Part shown: positions 28,431 through 37,826 of the stretch, in pieces
Layout: the number at the start of each line of letters is the position of its first letter
Position numbering within the stretch: position 1 is the stretch's first letter
Source: Candidatus Parcubacteria bacterium
GTDB taxonomy: Bacteria > Patescibacteriota > Minisyncoccia > Phycocordibacterales > JAKFXT01
Length of the DNA stretch: 64,000 bases
Direction of reading: 5' to 3'
Assembly (NCBI GenBank): GCA_021414235.1
Contig: JAIOOV010000004.1
Location: forward strand, 473,591 to 537,590
Program-made: the position numbers and the translations under genes
The notes under the pieces: generated by a model
The model's database searches: none
Told to the model about the DNA's origin: nothing
The model's input: the letters and a program-made list of their open reading frames with translations, nothing else

Positions 28431-29504
28431 ATGAATAGAGATACCGAGCAGTACCGGGACATCGCCATCAAGAGCTTGGCAGTCCTCGGCCTCATGACCA
28501 TCCTCGCTTTGGGCAGCTTCCTCACGCTTACCGCGCTTACCTACATCCCCAAGGTAGTCCGCTCCGTCGGCACCTTTGTCGCGAGCACCACTCCGGACGT
28601 GACCACCACCGTGGCCAACGTGAAGAATGCAGTCCAGGGCAACCTCGGCTTCGCCTCCAACAGGACCGCGCTTTCGAACGGCTCTTCCGTAACCCTCTTC
28701 TGGGACAAGACCAGCGCTGAGGCTGGCGGCTCCTACGCGCTCACCTACCCGTGCGTCAGCGGCGTCTCCGTCTCCTACAAGGGCACCACCCTCTCCTGCA
28801 ATGTCCCCTTCTATCTCGACCAAGACGCAGAAGAGGTCACCCTCTCGGTAAATTCTAAGAAGGTGCGTAACGCGGAAGTAGCCTTCGCGCTCCACTTCAC
28901 CAAGAACGGCGAGAATCGTGTCACTTCTACCGATACCACGGCCGTCTCTGTAACGAACTCCGCCATCGCTTCGACGGATGAGGCTCCTGCAGCTCCAGCC
29001 AAGCCGACAGTGACCGCCACCCGCCCTCCGGTCTACAACATCGTCAACTCCTACATCCCGGGCATCCCGACCACCTACTCCACCGTCTACATCCCGGGTA
29101 ACACTACCTACGTTCCGACTCCAGGAGCAGAGTGGGGTCAGGCGGATCTCCGCCCGGTGATCCTCGAGGTAGGAGTCATGGACCCGTACAGCAAGGTCAT
29201 CACTCCGACCCGCTACATGAGCCGCACCAGTAAGGTGGCCGTACGCTTCGCTGTCGAGAACATCGGTACCAAGACTTCCCACCCATGGGTCTTCAACGCG
29301 GTGCTTCCTACCTCCCCTCGCTACACCTACCTTCCTGAGTTCCAGCCACCTCTTCGCCCAGGGGAACGCATCGAGTACACCCTCTCCTTCGACCGTGTCG
29401 TAGAGGACAACAACTCGATCATCGTCACCGTAGACCCGGCAGGCACGCTCGCGGAAGCCACTAAGGCCAACAACTCCGTCACCGCGACCTTCACAGCGTT
29501 CTAA
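28431..29504 (+). CDS. Secreted or anchored protein with a CARDB-like C-terminal domain
   Basis: 357 aa. N-terminal signal anchor, Thr/Ser-rich. C-terminal VENIGTKTS...NNS pattern reminiscent of CARDB or Ig-like folds. Preferred over the overlapping antisense ORF 28419..29537. Confidence 0.55.
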   Translation: MNRDTEQYRDIAIKSLAVLGLMTILALGSFLTLTALTYIPKVVRSVGTFVASTTPDVTTTVANVKNAVQGNLGFASNRTALSNGSSVTLFWDKTSAEAGGSYALTYPCVSGVSVSYKGTTLSCNVPFYLDQDAEEVTLSVNSKKVRNAEVAFALHFTKNGENRVTSTDTTAVSVTNSAIASTDEAPAAPAKPTVTATRPPVYNIVNSYIPGIPTTYSTVYIPGNTTYVPTPGAEWGQADLRPVILEVGVMDPYSKVITPTRYMSRTSKVAVRFAVENIGTKTSHPWVFNAVLPTSPRYTYLPEFQPPLRPGERIEYTLSFDRVVEDNNSIIVTVDPAGTLAEATKANNSVTATFTAF

Positions 29505-29520
29505 TATCGCAGTAGTCAAA

Positions 29521-29556
29521 ACAAAAAACTCCCCCAACGGGGAGTTTTTTGTTTTA
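29521..29556. terminator. Bidirectional terminator (AAAAAA ACTCCCC caac GGGGAGT TTTTTTGTTTT) between convergent genes
   Basis: Read directly from sequence. Confidence 0.7.
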
Positions 29557-29573
29557 CGGGAGCAAGAAGTTGG

Positions 29574-31625
29574 TTAAATATCCAAAGTCGCGAGCTTCGC
29601 ATTCGACTGGATGAACATCTTGCGGCTCGGCACGTCTGTGCCCATGAGAATGTCGAAGACCTTGTCTGCCTCGACGCCGTCCTCGATGTTTACCTTCTTG
29701 AGCACGCGACGAGCAGGATCCATGGTGGTCTCCCAGAGTTCTTCTGGGTTCATTTCTCCCAAACCTTTGTAACGCTGTATGGAAATCTTCGGCTTGCGCT
29801 CCTTTCCTTTTGCAGGAGTTTCTTCCTCTTCAGGTTCTTCTTCCAATCCTTCGGTCTCCGTCACCTCAGTGACAAGCTCAGCATCCTTACCGAGGAACTT
29901 GATCTTCTCTTCGTCGGTATAGGCGTAGGCGATCTCCTTGCCGCGCTTGATCTTGTAGAGCGGCGGCTGGGCGATGTAGATGAAGCCGCCGTCGAGGAGA
30001 GGACGGAAATGACGGTAGAAGAGTGTGAGGATGAGCGTGCGGATATGCGCGCCGTCCACGTCGGCGTCCGTAGCGATGATGATCTTGTGATAGCGGAGCT
30101 TCCCGATATCGAAGGTGTCTCCGATGAGTGTACCGAGCGCAAGCACCAGGGATTTAATCTGCTCAGAGGCAAGCATCTTGTCGAGACGAGCGCGTTCCAC
30201 GTTCAATATCTTGCCGCGGAGCGGGAGGATGGCCTGCGTGCGGCGATCTCTTCCCTGCTTAGAAGAACCTCCGGCAGAATCTCCTTCCACGATGAATAGT
30301 TCGGACTCAGAAGCGTCCTTGGACTGACAGTCTGCAAGCTTTCCTGGGAGCGTGAGACCCTCGAGGGCGCCTTTGCGCAGGATGGAATCCTTTGCGGCCT
30401 TTGCGGCCTTGCGGGCGCGCTGTGCCAAGAGCGCCTTGCCGATGATGAAGCGGGCGTCCTCCGGATTCTCTTCAAGAAAAGCAGAGAAAGCTTCTGAGAA
30501 GACGGTTTCCACCGCACCGCGCGCTTCCACCGTACCGAGCTTGGCCTTGGTCTGGCCCTCGAACTGGATCTCGGGAATCTTGACCGAGACCACCGCAGTG
30601 AGACCTTCGAGCACGTCGTCACCAGTAAGGGTGTCGTCGCTATCCTTTACTATATTGTTCTTGCGGGCGTAGGTGTTGAGCGTACGAGTGAGCGCCGTCT
30701 TGAAGCCGGTGACATGGGTACCGCCTTCTGCAGTGTAGATATTGTTGGCAAAGGCAGAGAGGCGAGAGCTGATGTCGTCTACATACTGGAGCGCTACTTC
30801 CACCGCCACGCCATCCGCCTCCTTCTCTACATAAAAGACGTTCTTGTGGATGGGCTTCTGGAACTCGTTGTAAAAACGCACCAGGGATTGAAGTCCCCCT
30901 TCGAAATAGAAAGAGGTGGAGGGGACCTCCAGGCGCAGATCGCGCATATACACCACATCGTCGAGATCAAGCTTCCCTTCATACTCAGCCGCATTGATGA
31001 TGCCAATGCGCAGTCCTTTCACCAGGTAGGCTTGCTGGCGGAGGTGCGCGACCACTCTCTGCCAATCGAATTTGATCTCCTTGAAAATCTCGATATCCGG
31101 CTCGAAGATGGTGATGGTGCCGTGGAACTTGGAGCTACCCAATTTCTTAACTGCCGCCTTGCGCACGCCCTGCTTGTATTCCTGCATGTACCTGCCGCCA
31201 TCGCGGTGCACTTCCACCTTGGTGTAGATGGAAAGTGCATTCACTACTGATGCACCCACGCCATGGAGACCGCCAGAGACCTTGTAGCCTTCCCCACCGA
31301 ATTTGCCGCCCGCGTGAAGCGTGGTCATGATGGTCTCAAGCGCAGAGACCTTGGTCTTGGAGTGGATGTCTACGGGGATACCGCGGCCGTTGTCTACGAC
31401 GCGGATGCGATTGCCCGGCAGGAGGGCCACTTCGATGTCGTTGGCGAAGCCGCCCATGGCTTCGTCGCGCGAGTTATCGAAGATCTCCCAGATGAGGTGA
31501 TGGAGGCCATCGGGACCGGTGGTACCGATGTACATGCCCGGACGCTTGCGCACCGGCTCAAGGCCCTCGAGGACGGTGATATCTTCAGCTCCGTAGCCGC
31601 CCTTTTTCTTCTTTTCTTCTGCCAT
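29574..31625 (-). CDS. gyrB: Type IIA topoisomerase ATPase subunit B (DNA gyrase B; ParE not excluded)
   Basis: 683 aa with GHKL ATPase, transducer and TOPRIM regions (GLHHLIWEIFDNSRDEAMGG, EGDSAGGS). Confidence 0.88.
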   Translation of the reverse strand: MAEEKKKKGGYGAEDITVLEGLEPVRKRPGMYIGTTGPDGLHHLIWEIFDNSRDEAMGGFANDIEVALLPGNRIRVVDNGRGIPVDIHSKTKVSALETIMTTLHAGGKFGGEGYKVSGGLHGVGASVVNALSIYTKVEVHRDGGRYMQEYKQGVRKAAVKKLGSSKFHGTITIFEPDIEIFKEIKFDWQRVVAHLRQQAYLVKGLRIGIINAAEYEGKLDLDDVVYMRDLRLEVPSTSFYFEGGLQSLVRFYNEFQKPIHKNVFYVEKEADGVAVEVALQYVDDISSRLSAFANNIYTAEGGTHVTGFKTALTRTLNTYARKNNIVKDSDDTLTGDDVLEGLTAVVSVKIPEIQFEGQTKAKLGTVEARGAVETVFSEAFSAFLEENPEDARFIIGKALLAQRARKAAKAAKDSILRKGALEGLTLPGKLADCQSKDASESELFIVEGDSAGGSSKQGRDRRTQAILPLRGKILNVERARLDKMLASEQIKSLVLALGTLIGDTFDIGKLRYHKIIIATDADVDGAHIRTLILTLFYRHFRPLLDGGFIYIAQPPLYKIKRGKEIAYAYTDEEKIKFLGKDAELVTEVTETEGLEEEPEEEETPAKGKERKPKISIQRYKGLGEMNPEELWETTMDPARRVLKKVNIEDGVEADKVFDILMGTDVPSRKMFIQSNAKLATLDI

Positions 31626-31723
31626 ATATGTCCGCTAATTATATCACAAACAAGGCCTTTTTACCTGTTACAAAACTGGATAAATATGCTCTGGTATAGG
31701 CCTAAAGCAGCAATCTAAAGAAG

Positions 31724-33241
31724 CTAACTCAGCTTAAGGGAATAGAGCTTCCCATACTTCTTTTGCAGATATTCTATGAAAAACCTGCTCGAAGGCGCCT
31801 CACCAGTGACTCTCTTCAAGAGATCCGCTGCCTTGTAGGTCTTCCCGTGGAGATGCACGTGCTTACGCAGCCATTCACGAGGAACTGAGAGTTCTCCCTT
31901 CGCGATCTTCTTCGCAAGATCAGGAATGTCCCGCTCCATGGCAGCGTACCATTGCGCCGCATACAAATTTCCCAGAGTGTACGTCGGGAAGTAGCCGATG
32001 TATCCAGCGGACCAATGCACATCTTGCAATACGCCAAGAGTATCATTCGGCACCTCGATACCCAGATACTCTTTCATCTTAGCTCTCCACACCTTTGGCA
32101 GATCCTTGGGATCGATCGTACCCTCTACCATACCCTTCTCGACCTCGAAGCGCACGATGATGTGGAGATTGTAAGTCACCTCGTCAGCTTCCGTACGGAT
32201 GAGAGATGGCTTTACCTCGTTCAATATCAACATAAACTCCTCGAAAGAGAGTGCTTTGAATGGCTTCGGGAACTTCTTCTGTAGCTTGGGATAGAAATAT
32301 TTCCAGAACGGGATACCTCGGCCGATGTTGTTCTCCCAGAGGCGCGACTGCGATTCGTGCACGCCATACGATATGGCGTCCGCCAAAGGTGTCCCGAAAT
32401 GTTCTGAAGGGAGGCCCTGCTCATAGAGGGCATGGCCAGTCTCATGGATAGTGGAGCCGAGCGAATAGAGGAGATCATCTTCTCGGAAGCGAGTAGTGAT
32501 ACGCACATCATGAGGATGGAAAGCCGTAGTGAAAGGGTGCGTACTCTCGTCCATCCGACCTGCAGTAAAATCAAAACCCATGGTCTCAGCGACCATTCTA
32601 TTGAAAGCGAGCTGCTCTCCGAGAGGAATCTTTCCTTTGGTCTTCTTCGGGTCAGCCTTCACCTTCGAAGCCTTAATCTCCTGGAGGAATGGGATGAGGA
32701 AATCCCTCAGGTCACCCAGCATCGCAGAAGCATCCCTGGTGCTGAGCCCCGGCTCGTAGCTATCAATGAGAGCATCGTAGGGAGACTCCTTATAGCTGAT
32801 GAAGGCAGCTTCCTTCCTCTTCATCTCCACTATTCTGCGCAGATACGGCAGGAACATCTTAAAGTCATCCTTCTTGCGCGCCTGCGCCCAGACATTTTGA
32901 GCTTTAGAGACAAGCTCCGAATATTCCTTCACAAAGGAAGCTGGTAGCTTTCTCTCGCGCTCGTATGTCCGCCAGGTCTCCTCTACGATGATCGCGTCTT
33001 TACCTTTGAGCTTCTTGCCATCGACCTCCTTCTTCAGGTTCGAAAGAAGCTGGTCATCATCGAGGGCAACCAGTCTCCCGTGCACAATGCTACTGAGATG
33101 GGAACTTGCGATTGCTCGCGCATCCGCACCCTTCTCCGGCATATGCACCTCCTGATCCCAGCCGAGCACCGCTCCGGCAGAGCCTAAATATGAAATCTCC
33201 AAGAGTTTCTCCTTCAACGCATCTATCGGCCGAGCTTTCAT
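31724..33241 (-). CDS. M32-family carboxypeptidase (Taq-like metallocarboxypeptidase)
   Basis: HETGHALYEQG zinc motif and DVRITTRF motif. Start set at the internal Met (33241), which abuts the pheT stop. Track ORF extends to 33301. Confidence 0.82.
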   Translation of the reverse strand: MKARPIDALKEKLLEISYLGSAGAVLGWDQEVHMPEKGADARAIASSHLSSIVHGRLVALDDDQLLSNLKKEVDGKKLKGKDAIIVEETWRTYERERKLPASFVKEYSELVSKAQNVWAQARKKDDFKMFLPYLRRIVEMKRKEAAFISYKESPYDALIDSYEPGLSTRDASAMLGDLRDFLIPFLQEIKASKVKADPKKTKGKIPLGEQLAFNRMVAETMGFDFTAGRMDESTHPFTTAFHPHDVRITTRFREDDLLYSLGSTIHETGHALYEQGLPSEHFGTPLADAISYGVHESQSRLWENNIGRGIPFWKYFYPKLQKKFPKPFKALSFEEFMLILNEVKPSLIRTEADEVTYNLHIIVRFEVEKGMVEGTIDPKDLPKVWRAKMKEYLGIEVPNDTLGVLQDVHWSAGYIGYFPTYTLGNLYAAQWYAAMERDIPDLAKKIAKGELSVPREWLRKHVHLHGKTYKAADLLKRVTGEAPSSRFFIEYLQKKYGKLYSLKLS

Positions 33242-33242
33242 A

Positions 33243-35006
33243 CTAACGGACCTCCCAAGCCTTCTCCTTGATCGCCGCGATGACTTTTTCCATGACCGCA
33301 TTCACCTCCGCATCTACCAGCGTCTTCTCAAAAGATTGGAATATCAGACGGAAGGCATATGAGATGCGATCTCCTTTTTCGAAGCGGTCGAAAATATAGG
33401 TCTTGAGGAGAAGAGGATCGCCGGCTGCATCTCGGATGACAGTCTGCACCTCATCCGCCTCAGTACCCTTCGGCACCCACAGCGCGATATCGCGCGAAAT
33501 GTAAGGATAGCGGGAGAAAGGCTGATAGCGCATCGTCTCAGTGAACAGAAGACGTTCGTAATTCTCCGCAGCCACATTCTCGATCTCTTTCTCAGATGCA
33601 GGCTCCTTCTCCCCGATCTTCCCTAGCATCAATTTCTCCATACCGTCCTTCCAAACGATACCGATTTCAAAAAGCTTCACTTCCTTAAGCTCAAGCAGCG
33701 CCTTATTAGGCACGTTCTTGGCGAGCGCCTCCGTAAGGCCCGTAAGGAGGCTGGCACGCAGATACGGCTTATCTCCCCCTATCTTATTCGCTACTGCACG
33801 CTCGCCTTTCTCTACGAATACAGAGGTCAGTATTTCGGAATAGCCAGCGCTACGGAGCTCTTCACGCGCCTGCTCAGCGGCGACGAAGCGTCCATTGACC
33901 GGCGTCTTCCCAGGAATCGGCGGAAGGGGCACAGCCGGCACATGCTCATAGCCAATGACGCGACCCACCTCCTCTACGAGATCCTCGGGGATGGAGAGAT
34001 CCAGGCGTTCAAACGGAGGAGTGACAGTGAACACGCCACTCTCTTCCCTACAAGCAAGACCTAAGCTGGAAAAAGCCTCGAGTACCTTCTCCTTGGAAAT
34101 CTCCGTGCCAAGCATCTTATTAATCTTCTCGAGAGAGACGCTTACCTCCGCAAGTTTTTGCGGAACAGGATACGAATCTACAAAACCTACGAGCTCACCG
34201 CCTGCGACCTTTTGAATGATCGCCACCACATCCACCATGCCGTAGGCGGCAAGTTCAGGAGAAAGCACCTGCTCGAAACGACTTGAAGCATCCGTGCGTA
34301 GCGCCAGCGAGCGAGAGGCCTTGCGGACAGAGGGTCCGTCAAAATTCGCAGACTCGATGACGATATCGACAGTAGATTCATCCACTGATGCTGGCATGCC
34401 GCCTTTTATTCCCGCGATGCCTACTGGGACATCGCCTGCGGTGATGAGGAGCATCGTGTCAGTGAGAGAATATTTCTTGGCATCAAGCGTCTCAATCTCT
34501 TCTCCGGCGTGCGCAGTACGGACCCCGATCGAAAGACTCGGAAGTTTCTTAGCATCAAAGGCGTGGAGAGGCTGCCCCAGCTTGAACATTACGAAATTAG
34601 TAGCGTCGACCACGTTATTAATGGAACGCTGGCCGATGGCTTCCAGGCTTTCTTTGAGCCAGGAGGGCGAAGGACCCACCTTCACACCCTTCATGTATCC
34701 GGCTATATAGCGATTGCAGAGCGGCGACTCTAGGGAGACAGAGACCTCAGTCGTAACCTTTGAAAGATCCGGCTTTTGCAACAGAGGATCATAAGTCATC
34801 TGGAGCTTGAGCACGGCGGCAAGCTCTTTGGCCACAGCGCGATGCGAGAGCGCATCGTGGCCGCGGTTAGGCGTCACCTTCACGTCCAGAACTTCCCCCT
34901 CCACGCTATCTATCTCAAACGCATGGAACGTAAGGGCGTCAGCTATTACCGCTGCTTCGGGCAGATCGGGAACGAATTTCTGGAGCCACGGGCGTAAGAC
35001 TTTCAT
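33243..35006 (-). CDS. pheT: Phenylalanyl-tRNA synthetase beta subunit (shortened, 587 aa)
   Basis: B3/4 and B5 domains and a C-terminal FDX-ACB-like region. Adjacent to pheS. Confidence 0.82.
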   Translation of the reverse strand: MKVLRPWLQKFVPDLPEAAVIADALTFHAFEIDSVEGEVLDVKVTPNRGHDALSHRAVAKELAAVLKLQMTYDPLLQKPDLSKVTTEVSVSLESPLCNRYIAGYMKGVKVGPSPSWLKESLEAIGQRSINNVVDATNFVMFKLGQPLHAFDAKKLPSLSIGVRTAHAGEEIETLDAKKYSLTDTMLLITAGDVPVGIAGIKGGMPASVDESTVDIVIESANFDGPSVRKASRSLALRTDASSRFEQVLSPELAAYGMVDVVAIIQKVAGGELVGFVDSYPVPQKLAEVSVSLEKINKMLGTEISKEKVLEAFSSLGLACREESGVFTVTPPFERLDLSIPEDLVEEVGRVIGYEHVPAVPLPPIPGKTPVNGRFVAAEQAREELRSAGYSEILTSVFVEKGERAVANKIGGDKPYLRASLLTGLTEALAKNVPNKALLELKEVKLFEIGIVWKDGMEKLMLGKIGEKEPASEKEIENVAAENYERLLFTETMRYQPFSRYPYISRDIALWVPKGTEADEVQTVIRDAAGDPLLLKTYIFDRFEKGDRISYAFRLIFQSFEKTLVDAEVNAVMEKVIAAIKEKAWEVR

Positions 35007-35008
35007 AC

Positions 35009-35788
35009 TTAAAATTGATTCACGAAACGGAGATCCGCAGAGTGCATGAGACGCACGTCATCGATACCCCAACGGAGTATGGCCAGACGATCAAGCCCCA
35101 TGCCGAAAGCGAATCCACGATACTTCTCGGGATCTACCCCCGCATTACGAAGCACGCTCGGATGCACCATGCCCGCTCCCATCATCTCAATCCAGCGATC
35201 ACGCAGCTTCTCTGGGACGTTCTCACCCACGAGACGCATGTCCACTTCGACCCCCGGCTCCACGAACGGGAAGAAGCTCGGACGGAAGCGCACTTCCACA
35301 GAAGCACCACGGAAGAGCTCCTGGAAGAACTGCTCGATCGTTCCCTTGAGATTGGAGAGGGAGATATCTTCGCCCACGACCAAACCCTCGAGCTGGAAGA
35401 ACTCGGCTTCGTGGGTCATGTCGGTAGCTTCATTCCGGAAGACTTTGCCCGGCACGATGATGCGATATGGCGGGAGGATGCCCTTCTTCATCTGGGCTTC
35501 CATATATCGAGCCTGTACGTTCGAGGTGTGCGTACGCAGCACCATTCCCGGCTCATCCTTGATGAAGAAGGTGTCCTGCATGTCCCGCGCCGGATGATCC
35601 TTGGGGACGTTCAGAGCATCGAAGTTGTACCACTCGCTCTCAAGGAGCGGACCTTCAGCGAATTCGAAACCCATCCCCGCGAAGATGCGGTTGGTCTCCC
35701 GTATGAGCAAAGAGAGGGGGTGGAGGTGTCCCTGCGGATATTTTGGGTCCATTGAGTCGCATTGTATCGGAAAAGAGCTTTTTATCAA
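35009..35788 (-). CDS. pheS: Phenylalanyl-tRNA synthetase alpha subunit (short, lacks the N-terminal coiled-coil)
   Basis: Class II core motifs (FRNEATDMTHEAEFFQLEGL, GAGMVHPSVL, FAFGMGLDRLA). The start may be the internal MDPKYPQ at 35752. Confidence 0.88.
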   Translation of the reverse strand: MIKSSFPIQCDSMDPKYPQGHLHPLSLLIRETNRIFAGMGFEFAEGPLLESEWYNFDALNVPKDHPARDMQDTFFIKDEPGMVLRTHTSNVQARYMEAQMKKGILPPYRIIVPGKVFRNEATDMTHEAEFFQLEGLVVGEDISLSNLKGTIEQFFQELFRGASVEVRFRPSFFPFVEPGVEVDMRLVGENVPEKLRDRWIEMMGAGMVHPSVLRNAGVDPEKYRGFAFGMGLDRLAILRWGIDDVRLMHSADLRFVNQF

Positions 35789-35885
35789 CGCGATTCAGGG
35801 AAAAAGAGTCTCGACCGGTAGAAAGGCAGGGGTGACCAAAAAGGTTGAAAAAATGGCCTAAAAATCGTATAATGACCGTCATCCT

Positions 35886-37124
35886 ATGAACTCCTTCTTC
35901 GGAGAAATACTCCCTCATATCCTGGTGTTCATATCCCTCTATTTCGAGGTTTTCCTCCTTGTGACCTTCCTGGAGCGCCGTGGTGAGATCCGCAAGGAAT
36001 CCCCAGAGCCGAAAGCGTACCCTTCGGCCACGGTCATCGTCCCCTGCTTCAATGAAGGCACGACGGTGGCAGGTACGCTCGATTCCCTCCTCGCCCTCGA
36101 CTATCCCAAGGAGAAGCTCTCCATCTTCGCCATCGACGACGGCAGCAGAGACAATACCTGGCAGGTCATGCAGGCCTACAAGGACAACCCGCAGATACGA
36201 CTCTTCCAGAAAGAGAACGAGGGCAGCAAATACAAGGCCCTCAACCTCGGCCTCTCGCACGTCACGAGTGAGATCGTAGGCTGCCTCGACGCCGACTCCT
36301 ACGTGGACCCCCAGGCGCTGAAACGTGTCGTCCTCCGCTTCGAGGATCCGACTGTCATGGCAGTGACTCCTGCCATCAAGCTCCACCAGCCCAAGAACTT
36401 CATCCAGATGGTACAGCGGGCGGAATACAGCTTCAGCGTCTTCATCCGCAAGATATTCGCCCTCATCGGCAGCGTCTACATCACCCCTGGCCCCTTCTCC
36501 TTCTTCCGGAAGTCAGTATTCGACACTCTAGGTCCGTACAAGCACGCGCACCACACCGAAGACCTGGAGATCGGCCTGCGCATGCAGACCAAGGACTACC
36601 GTATTGATAATGCGCATGACGCCTACGTCTACACAGTAGCCCCCGCGACATTGCGTGCCCTCTTCAAGCAGCGCGTACGCTGGACCCATGGCTTCCTCGA
36701 GAACGCCATCGACTACCGTGAGATCTTCTTCAAGCGCCGCTACGGTAACCTCTCCATGTTCATCCTCCCCTTGGCCACCCTCTCCGTCTTCTCCGTGCTC
36801 TACTTCACCGGCTACTCTCTCTTCTACGCCGTCAATGCTATCTTCGGTAAAATCTCCGAGATTAGCATCGTAGGGCTCAATCTCGGTTGGCCGCGCATGG
36901 CTACTGACTGGTTCTTCCTCAACACCGGGACCCTTACGCTCCTCTCGGTGATAATGATCCTCATCACTCTCACGCTCCTCATCACCGGGAAGGTCATCGG
37001 CCGGGAGAAGCCCTTCTCCCGGGATATTGTTTATTTCCTAGTCTGCTACGGCTTCATCGCGCCTTGGTGGCTGCTGAAGTCGGTCTACAATACCGCCTTC
37101 TCCCGTAAGACTACTTGGCGCTAA
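35886..37124 (+). CDS. Family-2 glycosyltransferase, processive type (Q-R-V-R-W motif), integral membrane
   Basis: VIVPCFNEG, AIDDGS (D,D), CLDADSY (DxD) and QRVRW, followed by several C-terminal TM helices. Confidence 0.8.
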   Translation: MNSFFGEILPHILVFISLYFEVFLLVTFLERRGEIRKESPEPKAYPSATVIVPCFNEGTTVAGTLDSLLALDYPKEKLSIFAIDDGSRDNTWQVMQAYKDNPQIRLFQKENEGSKYKALNLGLSHVTSEIVGCLDADSYVDPQALKRVVLRFEDPTVMAVTPAIKLHQPKNFIQMVQRAEYSFSVFIRKIFALIGSVYITPGPFSFFRKSVFDTLGPYKHAHHTEDLEIGLRMQTKDYRIDNAHDAYVYTVAPATLRALFKQRVRWTHGFLENAIDYREIFFKRRYGNLSMFILPLATLSVFSVLYFTGYSLFYAVNAIFGKISEISIVGLNLGWPRMATDWFFLNTGTLTLLSVIMILITLTLLITGKVIGREKPFSRDIVYFLVCYGFIAPWWLLKSVYNTAFSRKTTWR

Positions 37125-37135
37125 CTTAGCTTTAT

Positions 37136-37825
37136 ATGAGAACTATTGATTGGAAAAAATACGCCCTGGTGCTCCTGATTACGGTCACAATATTTGCGAC
37201 CGCGCTCTACGTGAGCAACCGGCTGAATGATCGCCGTATCGACGAGATCCGCGACATCGGAGACCAGATCTCCATCGATATCCTCTCCTCCGAGACGCAA
37301 TTTAGCCTGCTTGCGGAATCCTCCTGTAAGGACCTCTCCGGCCAGTCCATCCTCTCCAAGGAGATCAACTCGCTCGCGGAGAGGCTCTCCTACACGGAAG
37401 AGAAGCTGGGGAGCGACAACGACGAGGTCATGAAGCTGAAGCGCTACTACTCCCTCCTCGAGATCAAGGATTACCTCCTCATGAAGAAGGTGGCCTCGAA
37501 GTGCGGCGTTAAGCCCATCACCGTCCTGTATTTCTACTCGAACACCGGCGACTGCGCAGAATGCGAGCGCACCGGCTACGTACTCACCGCCCTCCGAGAG
37601 AAGTACCCTGACCTGCGCGTGTATTCCTTCGACTACCACCTCAACCTCTCCGCGCTCGGCACCCTCATCTCCATCTTCAATATTGAGCCTCGCTTCCCCG
37701 CCATCATGATCGATGACGAAATCTTCTACGGCTTCACTTCCCTGGAGGATATCGAGAAGGAGGTACCGGAGCTTAAGGCGAGCCTAGCGACCACCACCTC
37801 GACGTCCACTCGCAGCAAGAGATAA
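37136..37825 (+). CDS. Membrane-anchored hypothetical protein with a CxxC (CAEC), possibly thioredoxin-like
   Basis: 229 aa. N-terminal TM. YFYSNTGDCAEC motif. Confidence 0.45.
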   Translation: MRTIDWKKYALVLLITVTIFATALYVSNRLNDRRIDEIRDIGDQISIDILSSETQFSLLAESSCKDLSGQSILSKEINSLAERLSYTEEKLGSDNDEVMKLKRYYSLLEIKDYLLMKKVASKCGVKPITVLYFYSNTGDCAECERTGYVLTALREKYPDLRVYSFDYHLNLSALGTLISIFNIEPRFPAIMIDDEIFYGFTSLEDIEKEVPELKASLATTTSTSTRSKR

Positions 37826-37826
37826 C

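Noticed and set aside
28419-29537. 372-aa minus-strand ORF overlapping the CARDB-like gene
   Set aside because: Gly/Asp/Arg/Val-rich composition typical of antisense frames. The plus ORF has a signal anchor, domain-like sequence and a terminator at its 3' end.
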